Virus record (IMG/VR): IMGVR_UViG_3300025389_001172
Span: 77,322 to 141,321 of that record
DNA length: 64,000 nucleotides
Origin: a virus
Lineage: Duplodnaviria > Caudoviricetes
Direction: 5' to 3' (one strand)
A model generated the notes under the pieces. That model was not told the DNA's origin. It did not search any database and was given only the letters and a program-made list of their open reading frames with translations. Below are positions 1 to 9,358 of the stretch, one piece after another. The stretch's first letter is position 1. Every line of letters starts with the position of its first letter. The position numbers and the translations under genes were made by a program.

Positions 1-202
1 CTAGATCACTGTTGACTATGGCTCTGTAGTAGCCCACTACCTTGCGATCACTGACAGCTATCACGTGATAGGCATCTTGATCCCATTGATCTTCATCTTG
101 TTCAGGATCTATACCAAAAGCTGACTGCATCATCTTGGCTCGGAATTTAAGAGCAGATTCTATATCATCTTCATATCCTAGTATTTTGATCTTTAATGAC
201 AT
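1..202 (-). CDS. GNAT-family acyltransferase (OlsB/Acetyltransf_5-like), partial, runs off the left edge
   Basis: Not in ORF track. ATG at 202 overlaps rimK TAA (TAATG); MSLKIKILGYEDDIESALKFRAKMMQSAFGIDPEQDEDQWDQDAYHVIAVSDRKVVGYYR matches the D-x-D-x-W/F-D..H..VVGxYR pattern. Confidence 0.65.
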   Translation of the reverse strand, partial: MSLKIKILGYEDDIESALKFRAKMMQSAFGIDPEQDEDQWDQDAYHVIAVSDRKVVGYYRAIVNSDL

Positions 203-1086
203 TACTGTATCTTGAACCTTACGTATTCTGTGATAAGGTCAGCTACATCTACATCACAATAGGTTTCAAAACCCTTGAATCCTGGATTTGAGTTGGCTTC
301 GCATACACGGAACCCACGGTCATCGAACAGCAGATCTACACCAGCTATGTCTAGATTAAGAGCTCGGGCGGTTTCACGAGCGATGTAGTCAATTTCATCT
401 GTGATCTCATATCGGCTACCAGTACCGCCACCTGTTATGTTAGCACGGAAATCACCTTCTGGTGCTGTGCGTAGCATGGCCCCCATGACCTTACCACCTA
501 TGACCAACACTCGCAGATCCTCACCTGGGCGATCACCTAGATATTCCTGCACGATCATGGTCTTCTTGTTGCCTAGATTTTCTACGAACTCTACTAATTT
601 CTTGTAGTCTTTCTTACGCTCGCAGAGATGCACGCCTTCGCCATATGAACCTGTTACCACTTTGACCACACAGGGGAATCCTATGTTGTCCGTCACCAGG
701 CGATCTTCTATGGGCCAACGTACCAACATGGTGTTGGGTATGGCTATGCCCGCACGGCTCAGGATCTGGCTACTGCGAAGTTTGTCTTTGACAGTTTCTA
801 TGGCCATACTGCCATTTACACAGGGAACACCTGCCTGTTCGAAATGTCGTATAACAGCCAATTGGAAAGGCAGGATGCCAGCACCTAGCCTGACTAGGAC
901 TAATCGTGGCAGTTCCATGTCCTGACCTTTGTATTTGATACCACTCTTGATGTTGCGATCCACGATGATATCAAAATCATCAGGATGGCAGGCACGAGCT
1001 TCTATACCTTTGGCAGCGAAGCTTTCTATGAGTCTAGTAGACTCATATTCGTTCCGTTCGTTTTTAGTCAAGATCAATACTGTCAT
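202..1086 (-). CDS. rimK: RimK-family ATP-grasp glutamate ligase
   Basis: GSYGEGV, QEY, DLRVLVIGG, FRANITGGG, AGVDLL, EANSNPG motifs. Confidence 0.9.
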   Translation of the reverse strand: MTVLILTKNERNEYESTRLIESFAAKGIEARACHPDDFDIIVDRNIKSGIKYKGQDMELPRLVLVRLGAGILPFQLAVIRHFEQAGVPCVNGSMAIETVKDKLRSSQILSRAGIAIPNTMLVRWPIEDRLVTDNIGFPCVVKVVTGSYGEGVHLCERKKDYKKLVEFVENLGNKKTMIVQEYLGDRPGEDLRVLVIGGKVMGAMLRTAPEGDFRANITGGGTGSRYEITDEIDYIARETARALNLDIAGVDLLFDDRGFRVCEANSNPGFKGFETYCDVDVADLITEYVRFKIQ

Positions 1087-1835
1087 TTACCGCTCCATTC
1101 TATTATTTCCCAGGTGCCATCCCAGTTCTCTACCAAGGCTGTACAGCTCTCAACCCAATCCCCGTCATTCATATAGACAACACCATCTATATCTCGGATC
1201 TCAGCTGTATGTATGTGTCCACATATTATACCATCATAGCCCTTGGTTTTGCAATAGTCTGCGAGTAATTTCTCAAAATTTAATATATAACCCACTGCCT
1301 GTTTGGTGTTCTGTTTTATCCATTTACTGATGCTCCAGTATGGCAGGCCCATACGGCTACGGATCATGGCCCAATAGTCGTTTAGTCTCACTATGAGATC
1401 ATATAACCAATCGCCGACGTGCATCAATAGTCTACCGCTAGATACCTGCATGAGACCATCAAACAGATCTCCGTGTATGATTAGATACCTACGTCCATCT
1501 AATCCGATATAATCCTCACGATTGGAAAATGTTAGACGTCCTAGATTGGGTATGTAGTGTAACCATTTGCGTATAGCTTCATCGTGATTGCCTGCTATAT
1601 AGAATACTCGAGTACCTTTCTTGGCCAGTTTCAGTACCCTGCGAATTACGTCTGAATGACTCTGTGGCCAATACCAATTTTGTTTAAGTCTCCATCCATC
1701 TACTATGTCACCTACTAGGTATAGGTTGTCTGATGAATTACGTTTAAGGAAATCCAGTAGTAGTTCTGCTTTACAGCCTCTCGATCCTAGATGTATGTCG
1801 CTGATAAAAATAGAGCGATAATTTGGCTTTTTCAT
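1083..1835 (-). CDS. UDP-2,3-diacylglucosamine hydrolase-like metallophosphoesterase (LpxH/LpxH2-like)
   Basis: ISDIHLG, GDIVDGW, GNHD, HGDLFD, CGHIH, NDGDWVESCTALVE. Confidence 0.85.
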   Translation of the reverse strand: MKKPNYRSIFISDIHLGSRGCKAELLLDFLKRNSSDNLYLVGDIVDGWRLKQNWYWPQSHSDVIRRVLKLAKKGTRVFYIAGNHDEAIRKWLHYIPNLGRLTFSNREDYIGLDGRRYLIIHGDLFDGLMQVSSGRLLMHVGDWLYDLIVRLNDYWAMIRSRMGLPYWSISKWIKQNTKQAVGYILNFEKLLADYCKTKGYDGIICGHIHTAEIRDIDGVVYMNDGDWVESCTALVENWDGTWEIIEWSGK

Positions 1836-1858
1836 ACCAATATTTATCGCCCTATATA

Positions 1859-1990
1859 TTACTGTACTTTTTCTGTGTGTTTATGATTGAGACTTTTCTT
1901 TAGGATCTTGAACCAGATCTTTTTGACCTTCTCTAGATTGTGTTCAATTTCAGCCTTGTTCAACTTTGTTACTAATTTTTGGATTTTCAT
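1859..1990 (-). CDS. small basic hypothetical protein (43 aa)
   Basis: Below track cutoff; MKIQKLVTKLNKAEIEHNLEKVKKIWFKILKKSLNHKHTEKVQ with AAGGAGG RBS and upstream TATAAATA. Confidence 0.6.
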   Translation of the reverse strand: MKIQKLVTKLNKAEIEHNLEKVKKIWFKILKKSLNHKHTEKVQ

Positions 1991-2078
1991 AATCGGCCCT
2001 CCTTGGATAGATATTTATAATAGAAAAACGGAAACAATATTAAACTATCGTTTCCGTTCTGTTACTGACGCTACAGAT

Positions 2079-4010
2079 TTAGAATGCTATCTGTACTGAA
2101 GCCTGTGCTGAATTGTTAACGAAGCCATTAAATCTTTGGCTGTTGAATCCCAGACGAACCTGTGTACGATCCTTGACATTGGTACTGAGTCCAGCACTGA
2201 CTGTGTTAAGATCCTGTGTATTCCTAGATACTTCAGCATAGACATTGGTACTAGGTAATAGCGGTATGACCTGCTCAACTCTCACACCTGATTCATAGCT
2301 GGTCTGGCTCTGACGTATTGGATCATAGGTCACAGCAGTCATATCACTACCAGCATCGGCTGCACCGTTGGTCTTGGTAAGATCATAGCGTGCTCCAACG
2401 AATGGACGTATGCCACGATAGGCCGGAGCATAGGCACGACCGTTGACCCAAAGATCAACACCGTTAGTGCTGGCACTGTTAGCATAGCCTAATTCAGGTA
2501 AACTGTGTGCTGTGGAATATCTGTTTACAGCACCTGCGACATCTGCTTTGAATAACCAATCTTTATAACTCTTAAGAGCATAAACACCTAGAGCATCTTT
2601 CTGTAGTTGTCCACTGCTGTTATCAGAACTCATGTTGACCTGCACACGATGATACTGTGCTCCGACTGTTAGGTCAGAACTAATACGGTGATCATAGCCC
2701 ACACCAATACGACTTGTGTTGAAACTGGTGCTGTCTGGAGTATTGCTACGACTTCCCTGTACATTTACCCAATCAACTCCGTCACGTCCATTCCAGCCCT
2801 GTGTACCATCAGGGTGACGACCTAGTATGTCGCTGTCTAGTCCATGGTTAAGGGCACCGTTGATCTGTCCTAATTTGGCCAACTGATCGATACGTGTTGT
2901 GTAGTCTTGTGGTACTGCTACTACTCCTGTGGCGCTACCATTGGTAGTAACTGTGACCACATTGTTGGCCACCGAACTAGTCACTACTGGTGTTCCGTTG
3001 GTTACCACTACGCTACCGTCACTGTAGGTATCTGTGGTAACAGGTGTTGTTGTAACTGTAGTTGTAACAGGAGTTGTGGTAACTGTGGTCAATACCCAAG
3101 GAGTCACTGTTGTAGTTGTTGTAGTCCTAGTAACTGTTAGTACCTGAGGTGTTTGACCTCTACGAGCATCAGTGAGAGCCACAGTGCTTGTTGGAGCACC
3201 ATAGGCTGTGCTGTTGGTAACCACCGGGGTACCGTTGACTGAACTCGAACTCACAGAATTAGCAGTAGTTGAACTCACTATAGTTGGAGCTGGAGGTGGA
3301 GGTGGATTGGTATTTCCAGCATTACTACCCACGGCTGGAGTGGCCAACGTGGTAAATCCTGAACCTGCTCTCATGCTACAGTTTGCCGCGGCTATAGTCA
3401 CGTCAGCACAGGCGCCAGCATAGACGCCTATCTGGACCCCACTGTTAACTGTGTTATTACCATAAACACTGAATGACAGTGAATATGTGATTCCAGAAGT
3501 AAGGCTAACACCTTGATAGATACCATCGAAACTACCAACGGCACCGTCGATCCAAGAACCTGCTGTTGAGGTGTTGACTCCTTGTCCACCGTTATAAACC
3601 ACATTCTGCCAATTCTGTCCTGGTGCTTGCCAAGTACCTGCGGCAGCCGGGGTAGTACCATTCTGATACCATACACCCCAATACTGCGGAGCCTGTAGTC
3701 CATTTTGTCCAGGTATCGCTCCACCTGTGGCAAAATTACCATTGGTGACTAGATTACTACCGCCACCTGTGTTGAGTAATACGTTGCCCAGTGTCCAATA
3801 GGCCGGATCCTGTCTAAAAGCAAATCCCACATAGTTAGCACCTGTTGTTGATGGTGAGAATGTGTAGGTATAGTTCTGCCAAGTGTTAGCAGAAGTATAT
3901 GCTATACCTGTGCTACTGCTGATATTGTCTACTGTGGGTAATAGCTGTGCTATACCAGTGGTTGATACAAAGATCAACAAGGCCGCAATGGCCCTTTTGA
4001 TTAATTTCAT
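2079..4010 (-). CDS. autotransporter-like outer-membrane protein
   Basis: Signal peptide, beta-rich N-terminal domain, poly-Pro and Thr/Val-rich stalk, C-terminal amphipathic beta-barrel ending in Phe. Confidence 0.7.
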   Translation of the reverse strand: MKLIKRAIAALLIFVSTTGIAQLLPTVDNISSSTGIAYTSANTWQNYTYTFSPSTTGANYVGFAFRQDPAYWTLGNVLLNTGGGSNLVTNGNFATGGAIPGQNGLQAPQYWGVWYQNGTTPAAAGTWQAPGQNWQNVVYNGGQGVNTSTAGSWIDGAVGSFDGIYQGVSLTSGITYSLSFSVYGNNTVNSGVQIGVYAGACADVTIAAANCSMRAGSGFTTLATPAVGSNAGNTNPPPPPAPTIVSSTTANSVSSSSVNGTPVVTNSTAYGAPTSTVALTDARRGQTPQVLTVTRTTTTTTVTPWVLTTVTTTPVTTTVTTTPVTTDTYSDGSVVVTNGTPVVTSSVANNVVTVTTNGSATGVVAVPQDYTTRIDQLAKLGQINGALNHGLDSDILGRHPDGTQGWNGRDGVDWVNVQGSRSNTPDSTSFNTSRIGVGYDHRISSDLTVGAQYHRVQVNMSSDNSSGQLQKDALGVYALKSYKDWLFKADVAGAVNRYSTAHSLPELGYANSASTNGVDLWVNGRAYAPAYRGIRPFVGARYDLTKTNGAADAGSDMTAVTYDPIRQSQTSYESGVRVEQVIPLLPSTNVYAEVSRNTQDLNTVSAGLSTNVKDRTQVRLGFNSQRFNGFVNNSAQASVQIAF

Positions 4011-4066
4011 ACGTCGCTCCCGTAATGATGTTAGTGTGCTATTATTTACTGCTTATATTATTATAA

Positions 4067-4636
4067 TTAATTGCGTATATAACTCCAGCCCGATCCACAA
4101 GGATTGCACTGTATGTTCATGCCGCCTTGACTGGCCTGTGTGGGATTGGTCTGCTGAATGGTTACACCAGCACCAGTGGCACCATTTAGCCAGAGATTGA
4201 ATGTTTTATCTGCACCGGCACCGCCACTTTGTGTGACATCTACAGTATTGTTATTATTAGTTGTACCTGCAACACCGGTTATGGTCATGCTGTGATTACC
4301 GGCACCGGTCTGCGTGATACCTATGTTGTTGGCCGATCCGTTTAGGTTCTGTATGTTGGCAGTATGATTGCCTGTGCCGTCTTGGAACATGATAACCCCA
4401 TTGTTAATACCCGACGGTATGTCTACTGTGGCAGTTTTAGCACCTGTACCCTGCTGTGTTATGTTTATCGTAGTGTTGTCCGCAGGACTGGTTTTACCTA
4501 AGGTTAATGTTGCTGAATGCCCTGATCCATCTTGCGTGATTGAGATGGTGTTGTTGTCACCTACCTGATCTATGTTAACAGTATTATCTGCTGCCCACAC
4601 ATTGAAACAGACTAGAGCTAATAGAAATCGTTTCAT
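4067..4636 (-). CDS. curlin-repeat protein (CsgA/CsgB-like)
   Basis: Signal peptide then repeated I-x-Q-x-G-x-x-N/H units. Confidence 0.75.
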   Translation of the reverse strand: MKRFLLALVCFNVWAADNTVNIDQVGDNNTISITQDGSGHSATLTLGKTSPADNTTINITQQGTGAKTATVDIPSGINNGVIMFQDGTGNHTANIQNLNGSANNIGITQTGAGNHSMTITGVAGTTNNNNTVDVTQSGGAGADKTFNLWLNGATGAGVTIQQTNPTQASQGGMNIQCNPCGSGWSYIRN

Positions 4637-5745
4637 TTTTGTATTAAGGTAATGGTGGTGTTACTGCCCGAGTTTACTCGGTTCTTAAAATCTAAAGGGC
4701 CCTGTGTCATATAAATGGTGCTGTTTTGATTTTTAGGTACAGTTACACTCATTACGTCACTGCCGTTATCCCGACTTAGAGTTACAGTATTGTCATCTAC
4801 TGTGGCTACTATGCCAGATATAGCAGTATAATCTGGCAATAGTCCTGATTTGGTATTGTTCAGCAGGTCTAGCTGTGCAGCCAACTGTGCATTGATAATG
4901 TCCAAGATATTGGCCAAGAACGTTTGATCCAGGAAATTGCGGCTCAGTGTATCTTTGAATAGGTCTTTTTCCTGTGCATCAAACGCATTAACCAGGCCGG
5001 TTTCTTTTAAGAAGTCTACATCAAGTGCACCTTTAGAGTCTACTCGAACTTGTGTTTTTTCGTTGTTTTGTTGTAGTTGTTTAGGTGGTGCTACTATTAG
5101 CATATTGTTGATAGCATCTTCGCCTATTCGCAACACCACTGGTTTCAATGGCATGACACCGCGAGTTTCTACTTTGGTCGCTTGAAATGCCTGATCTAGC
5201 AGAACTTTACCCACATCGGTTATAACCTCAATCGAGCCAGTTTTACAATCACGTTCTACATCTCGATATCCAGCCGGGCAACTGGGTAATAGTATGATGG
5301 TACTAGCACCTAACTCGTCTACAGTGGCACTGAAATCAGTACCTCGTACAGCAATAGTGGCACTAGGAGTATTGAGAGCAACCTTACTAGGATCGTTTTT
5401 AGCAATAGCACCTGACGCATAACGTACAGTACCCGATGCCATATTAAGCGCCAGCTTGCCTACAGCAGGTCGTTTGGGATCGTAGACAAAATCATCAATG
5501 ACTAACCGGCTGTTTTCGTTTACCTGTACTCGAGTATCATCCTGGAAGGTTATTCCCACCTTGCCCCGGGCTGTCCGTATCGCATCCTGCATCTCCACCC
5601 CCGAGCCCCGAGTTCCCTCCAAGGTCGTCTTCGACCGTTGTATCGAAGGCGGCACATTAACCTGTTCCGTTATGGTCCCTATCGCCGCGATGGTGTCTTG
5701 CGATGAGATCAGCAAGAGTACGCATAATACTTCCTTCCATATCAA
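4633..5745 (-). CDS. FecR-domain secreted protein
   Basis: DAIRT, TFQDDTRVQVNENSRLVID, TPSATIAVRGTDF; start probably TTG 5745 (TTGA overlap with upstream ORF) or ATG 5763/5769 rather than 5877. Confidence 0.8.
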   Translation of the reverse strand: MIWKEVLCVLLLISSQDTIAAIGTITEQVNVPPSIQRSKTTLEGTRGSGVEMQDAIRTARGKVGITFQDDTRVQVNENSRLVIDDFVYDPKRPAVGKLALNMASGTVRYASGAIAKNDPSKVALNTPSATIAVRGTDFSATVDELGASTIILLPSCPAGYRDVERDCKTGSIEVITDVGKVLLDQAFQATKVETRGVMPLKPVVLRIGEDAINNMLIVAPPKQLQQNNEKTQVRVDSKGALDVDFLKETGLVNAFDAQEKDLFKDTLSRNFLDQTFLANILDIINAQLAAQLDLLNNTKSGLLPDYTAISGIVATVDDNTVTLSRDNGSDVMSVTVPKNQNSTIYMTQGPLDFKNRVNSGSNTTITLIQK

Positions 5746-5912
5746 TCTCCTCTTAAAAACCATGAACATTTCTGTAGTTCTTTCATTATCTGATCGGCCG
5801 TGGTACCGTGTACACGAGCTGCCATCTCCACGAAATCTAACCAACGCTGTGCCGCATTGGTCTGTCCGTCGGCCCATTGCTGATACATATTTTTAAGTGT
5901 CCACTGATCCAT
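5742..5912 (-). CDS. small hypothetical protein (56 aa) inside the curli operon
   Basis: MDQWTLKNMYQQWADGQTNAAQRWLDFVEMAARVHGTTADQIMKELQKCSWFLRGD; starts 1 nt after the curlin stop and fills the gap exactly. Confidence 0.6.
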   Translation of the reverse strand: MDQWTLKNMYQQWADGQTNAAQRWLDFVEMAARVHGTTADQIMKELQKCSWFLRGD

Positions 5913-5913
5913 A

Positions 5914-6696
5914 TTAGTGATTGTTTTGATTTATAGTCATACTACCTCCACTGCCAGCGATCTTTAGGTTAGCAATATTATCACCACCAGTACCAGTCTG
6001 TGTAACACCTACAGTATTACCAGAGCCGGTAATATCAATAGTAGATTGATGACCGTTTACTCCACCGGTTTGCAGGACATTGACTGTGTTTGTAGCACCT
6101 GCTATGGTCACAGCACTGGTTCCACCTGGACTCTGTAGATCCATGCTGACAGTATTACCGCCCCCGCCGGTTATAGCCAAGGTACCTGTGATATTATCAC
6201 CTAGAGCACCAATGGTAGCTGAGTTATTGGCTCCACCAGCTGTGTTGACCGTTATAGTGTTGCTAGCACCAATGGATTTAATATCGGCCGAGCTGGCATT
6301 ACCTGATTGTGTCACCCCAATGTTGTTGCCTGAGCTGTTGGTTGTGTTACTACCAAGCTGTATAGTAGCTGAGCTATTCATACTGTTACTAACGCTGTAG
6401 TTAACTGTACTAGCTGCCACTGATGTGTCAGTCTGTATGCCCAGTCGTAGTGTATTACCGCTACCGACCTGACTTACCGATACCTGATTACCATCTCCGT
6501 AGATTTTGGCAGGTGTAGTAGAACTTGTACCTACACCTGGTAGGCCCCTAACCACGTTGCCTGCTCCATCCTGTGATATGGCTACTATGGCGTTATCGCC
6601 GGCCTGATCAATATAGATACTATTGTCTGCGGCCCAACTGTTTATGTTCATAATGGCTAGCATTAGTAGTGTTATTTTAGCTAGTTTTGTTTTCAT
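5914..6696 (-). CDS. curlin-repeat protein (CsgA/CsgB-like)
   Basis: Signal peptide (AWA/SWA-ADN shared with 4067 gene), Q-x-G-x-x-N repeats, G/S/N/T rich. Confidence 0.75.
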   Translation of the reverse strand: MKTKLAKITLLMLAIMNINSWAADNSIYIDQAGDNAIVAISQDGAGNVVRGLPGVGTSSTTPAKIYGDGNQVSVSQVGSGNTLRLGIQTDTSVAASTVNYSVSNSMNSSATIQLGSNTTNSSGNNIGVTQSGNASSADIKSIGASNTITVNTAGGANNSATIGALGDNITGTLAITGGGGNTVSMDLQSPGGTSAVTIAGATNTVNVLQTGGVNGHQSTIDITGSGNTVGVTQTGTGGDNIANLKIAGSGGSMTINQNNH

Positions 6697-6716
6697 TTTG
6701 GTTTCCTTACGGTCTG

Positions 6717-7787
6717 TTAGTTGGCCGCTCTTAATCGCTCTCTTTTTACGAATCCTTTTACTCCTATCGCTATTTCTACTTCTACTACATCCTTCACGTC
6801 TGTGTCTTTAACCGTTGCTACAGTGTTGGCTGGTACTACTACGAAAGGTCCATATAAGGGTCCTTCGAGATTTGATTTACGTTTATAAACTTTGGTATTA
6901 GCCGCAAACACCATCTTTACTATTTTGGGTTCTTCTGCTTTTTTGACTTCTGGAACTACTACTACTGGAGGTGGAGGCGGTGCTACAGGTGCCTGCACAG
7001 ATTCAGGTTTACGATAGTCCCAGATACCCTTGCGCTCACCTTCCTTGATTAGTTCTACCACAGCGGCTTCGATCGTGGCCTTGACAGCTAGCGTACCTGG
7101 TTCGTTTATGGTTAATCCTGCTTCAGCTTCAAATGCCTGTGTACCGTCGTCTAGGAATTTTAACACGGCAAAACTGTCGGCAGTGCTGTACACTATCTTG
7201 GTCACGTGTACAGCCGCCAAGACCTTGCCGGTATTGACACTTATGGCTCGCAAACTGATAGTCACTGTGTCTTTGCTGTACTGTGTCTGTGTGCCTATAC
7301 CCAGGAAACGATGTGCGGCTCCGCCTGATTCAGATCCCGAATCATAACCAATGATACCACCTTCCATGATGATGCCGGCAAACTGCATGGGCATGAGCGG
7401 TTTGGCATTGACACCTTCATAGGCTTCACGCATCTGGCGTATGATTGTGCGTTCTTTGGTTAAAGCATCTATATTGATTCTTTCTACAACATCAAACCAT
7501 TGCCCGTGCCCCACATCCTGTAGGGCCTTGATCAAGAACACTTCGGCCCCTTGTGTGACTGCTGTACTCAGACTAGCAATACCCGATACTGGTTTGCGTT
7601 GTCCGGTTTTATCAGCAAAATTATACACTGCCACGCTGAGCTTTCGCCCCTCTGGTGGTGGTATCGAATCAAACTCTTTTTGCATGCGATTTGGCACCAC
7701 TTCGGGTTGGTATTCAAAACCGGCTTTTTGAACTATAGCACAACCTGCAAGTGCAAGTATCATGACGAGGGATAGAATTTTTTTCAT
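6717..7787 (-). CDS. csgG: curli secretion channel lipoprotein CsgG with C-terminal Pro linker and SH3-like extension
   Basis: Lipobox LAGC; AVYNFADKTGQRKP, STAVTQGA, WFDVVER, LTKERTIIR, EGGIIGYD. Confidence 0.92.
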   Translation of the reverse strand: MKKILSLVMILALAGCAIVQKAGFEYQPEVVPNRMQKEFDSIPPPEGRKLSVAVYNFADKTGQRKPVSGIASLSTAVTQGAEVFLIKALQDVGHGQWFDVVERINIDALTKERTIIRQMREAYEGVNAKPLMPMQFAGIIMEGGIIGYDSGSESGGAAHRFLGIGTQTQYSKDTVTISLRAISVNTGKVLAAVHVTKIVYSTADSFAVLKFLDDGTQAFEAEAGLTINEPGTLAVKATIEAAVVELIKEGERKGIWDYRKPESVQAPVAPPPPPVVVVPEVKKAEEPKIVKMVFAANTKVYKRKSNLEGPLYGPFVVVPANTVATVKDTDVKDVVEVEIAIGVKGFVKRERLRAAN

Positions 7788-7788
7788 A

Positions 7789-8244
7789 TTAAAATTGGAA
7801 TTGTCCTAGAGGTACTGTGACCTGTGTTTGATTGCCCACTGTGTCAGTCACTGTGAGGTATACATTTGAGCTATCTTTGGTCCAGAATATGGTATTGCCT
7901 TCAAAGTTCAATGACCCACTTGTACTACCACCCGATGCAAACATGGCAGTGGCTAGATTCTGGCTGATCTGTGCGTAGATACGGCTTTCTAGATTGTTCA
8001 AGAACTTGGCCAAATTGGTGTTCTGTGCGGCTGCCGCCTGTGCCTGTAGTGCAGCCTGTATGTCTTTGGCTATCTGTTGCTGACGTGTGTATTCCTGGTT
8101 TTCTATGGTCAACACATGACTGCTGTAACCGTTGCCGTTAAAACTAGGACTTTTGAAACTGTAATCAGCCATTGGTGTAGAAACGGCTAGGGGCGTCCAG
8201 GATAGGATACCAGCAGTAAGTAAGATTTTGTATAGTGTATTCAA
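7789..8244 (-). CDS. csgF: curli assembly component CsgF
   Basis: Signal peptide then YSFKSPSFNG, FLNNLESRIYAQIS; directly upstream of csgG; TTG start with AGGAG. Confidence 0.85.
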   Translation of the reverse strand: MNTLYKILLTAGILSWTPLAVSTPMADYSFKSPSFNGNGYSSHVLTIENQEYTRQQQIAKDIQAALQAQAAAAQNTNLAKFLNNLESRIYAQISQNLATAMFASGGSTSGSLNFEGNTIFWTKDSSNVYLTVTDTVGNQTQVTVPLGQFQF

Positions 8245-8261
8245 GGTTTGACTCCTATTAG

Positions 8262-8267
8262 TATTTA
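8262..8267 (-). promoter_or_regulatory. T4-late-like promoter TAAATA heading the curli operon
   Basis: TAAATA upstream of csgF RBS; the same hexamer precedes about 20 genes in the window. Confidence 0.55.
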
Positions 8268-8292
8268 ACAGGAATCTGATGTTTTTATTGTG

Positions 8293-9348
8293 TTAGATTA
8301 TATCTTTGGGTATAGGAAGTTGATTTCCTTCTTGATCTACGTAAATAACATCTTTTGTTCCTGATTTTCCAAATGCTCGTGTAGCAGTAGCCGCGTGTAC
8401 TCCTAATCCTCTAATACCAGTTTTAGATCTATCATTTTGATTTCTGATGGTAAAATACATCATATGACTTTTTGGAACATCTGCTAATTTTGTAATTACA
8501 GCATGACACTCTATTTCTATAAAGTTTCCATTTTGTACAAAATGATGTGGTTGGAAATCTTGTATAACTATACCCCCATGTGGATTGATATCAGTCCCAA
8601 ATATAGTTTTAAGTACATCTTCAGGAGTAGGTTGAACAACAATTTCTCTATCAATCCTGTAAATTGGAACAATCTGACCTTTAATTTCTCTATCTTTAAG
8701 TTTAGACAATTTAACCAAACCGTCGTTTATTAATTTTTTTATAATTGGAAACGCTCTTGGTCCAAATAAAGAATCAGCAGTTTCCCAATTTTCAGCATCG
8801 GTTTGTTTAATAGAAACAGGAATTCTTCTATCTGGACTAAAAAGTGCTACATCACCCTTCAATCCGCCTTGAGTTTTACTTCCAATATGTTCAACTCTGT
8901 TAACTTTTGGAACATCCAAAATTCTTCCTTGATCATCCTTAAATCTCACGTTTACCGAGCCAGATGCATCGATTTCTTTTTGTATTAATTTTGCTAGAGC
9001 TATTTCATTCGCCTTACCACTATGTTTAGTCCCTTGTGTTTTATTATTTTTGTAGGCAATAGTGAACGGGCTACCATCAATAACGATACCCCCTAAACTA
9101 GAAGTATTTTTATTAGGATCAAAATGTGTATTACGACCTAATTCTTTAGCCAATACAGGTACTAATTGTTGCATGGCATTTAATCGCCATTTGTTTTGAT
9201 CCTTATCCGGAAAATCAATTAATGGTAATATTTTGTTGCCATTTTTTTTGATACCTTTAATATCCGGAACAATCCTATTGAGAACTAACTCTAAATCGTT
9301 ATAGGTTAACGAATCTGATATTTCAAAAAGTAAGTCAATTATACGCAT
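8293..9348 (-). CDS. AT-rich putative PD-(D/E)XK-like nuclease with CTS-like leader
   Basis: MRIIDLLFE leader; ANE...KGDVAL...VSIK motif; visibly lower GC than neighbours. Confidence 0.45.
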   Translation of the reverse strand: MRIIDLLFEISDSLTYNDLELVLNRIVPDIKGIKKNGNKILPLIDFPDKDQNKWRLNAMQQLVPVLAKELGRNTHFDPNKNTSSLGGIVIDGSPFTIAYKNNKTQGTKHSGKANEIALAKLIQKEIDASGSVNVRFKDDQGRILDVPKVNRVEHIGSKTQGGLKGDVALFSPDRRIPVSIKQTDAENWETADSLFGPRAFPIIKKLINDGLVKLSKLKDREIKGQIVPIYRIDREIVVQPTPEDVLKTIFGTDINPHGGIVIQDFQPHHFVQNGNFIEIECHAVITKLADVPKSHMMYFTIRNQNDRSKTGIRGLGVHAATATRAFGKSGTKDVIYVDQEGNQLPIPKDII

Positions 9349-9358
9349 AATACGTTAT

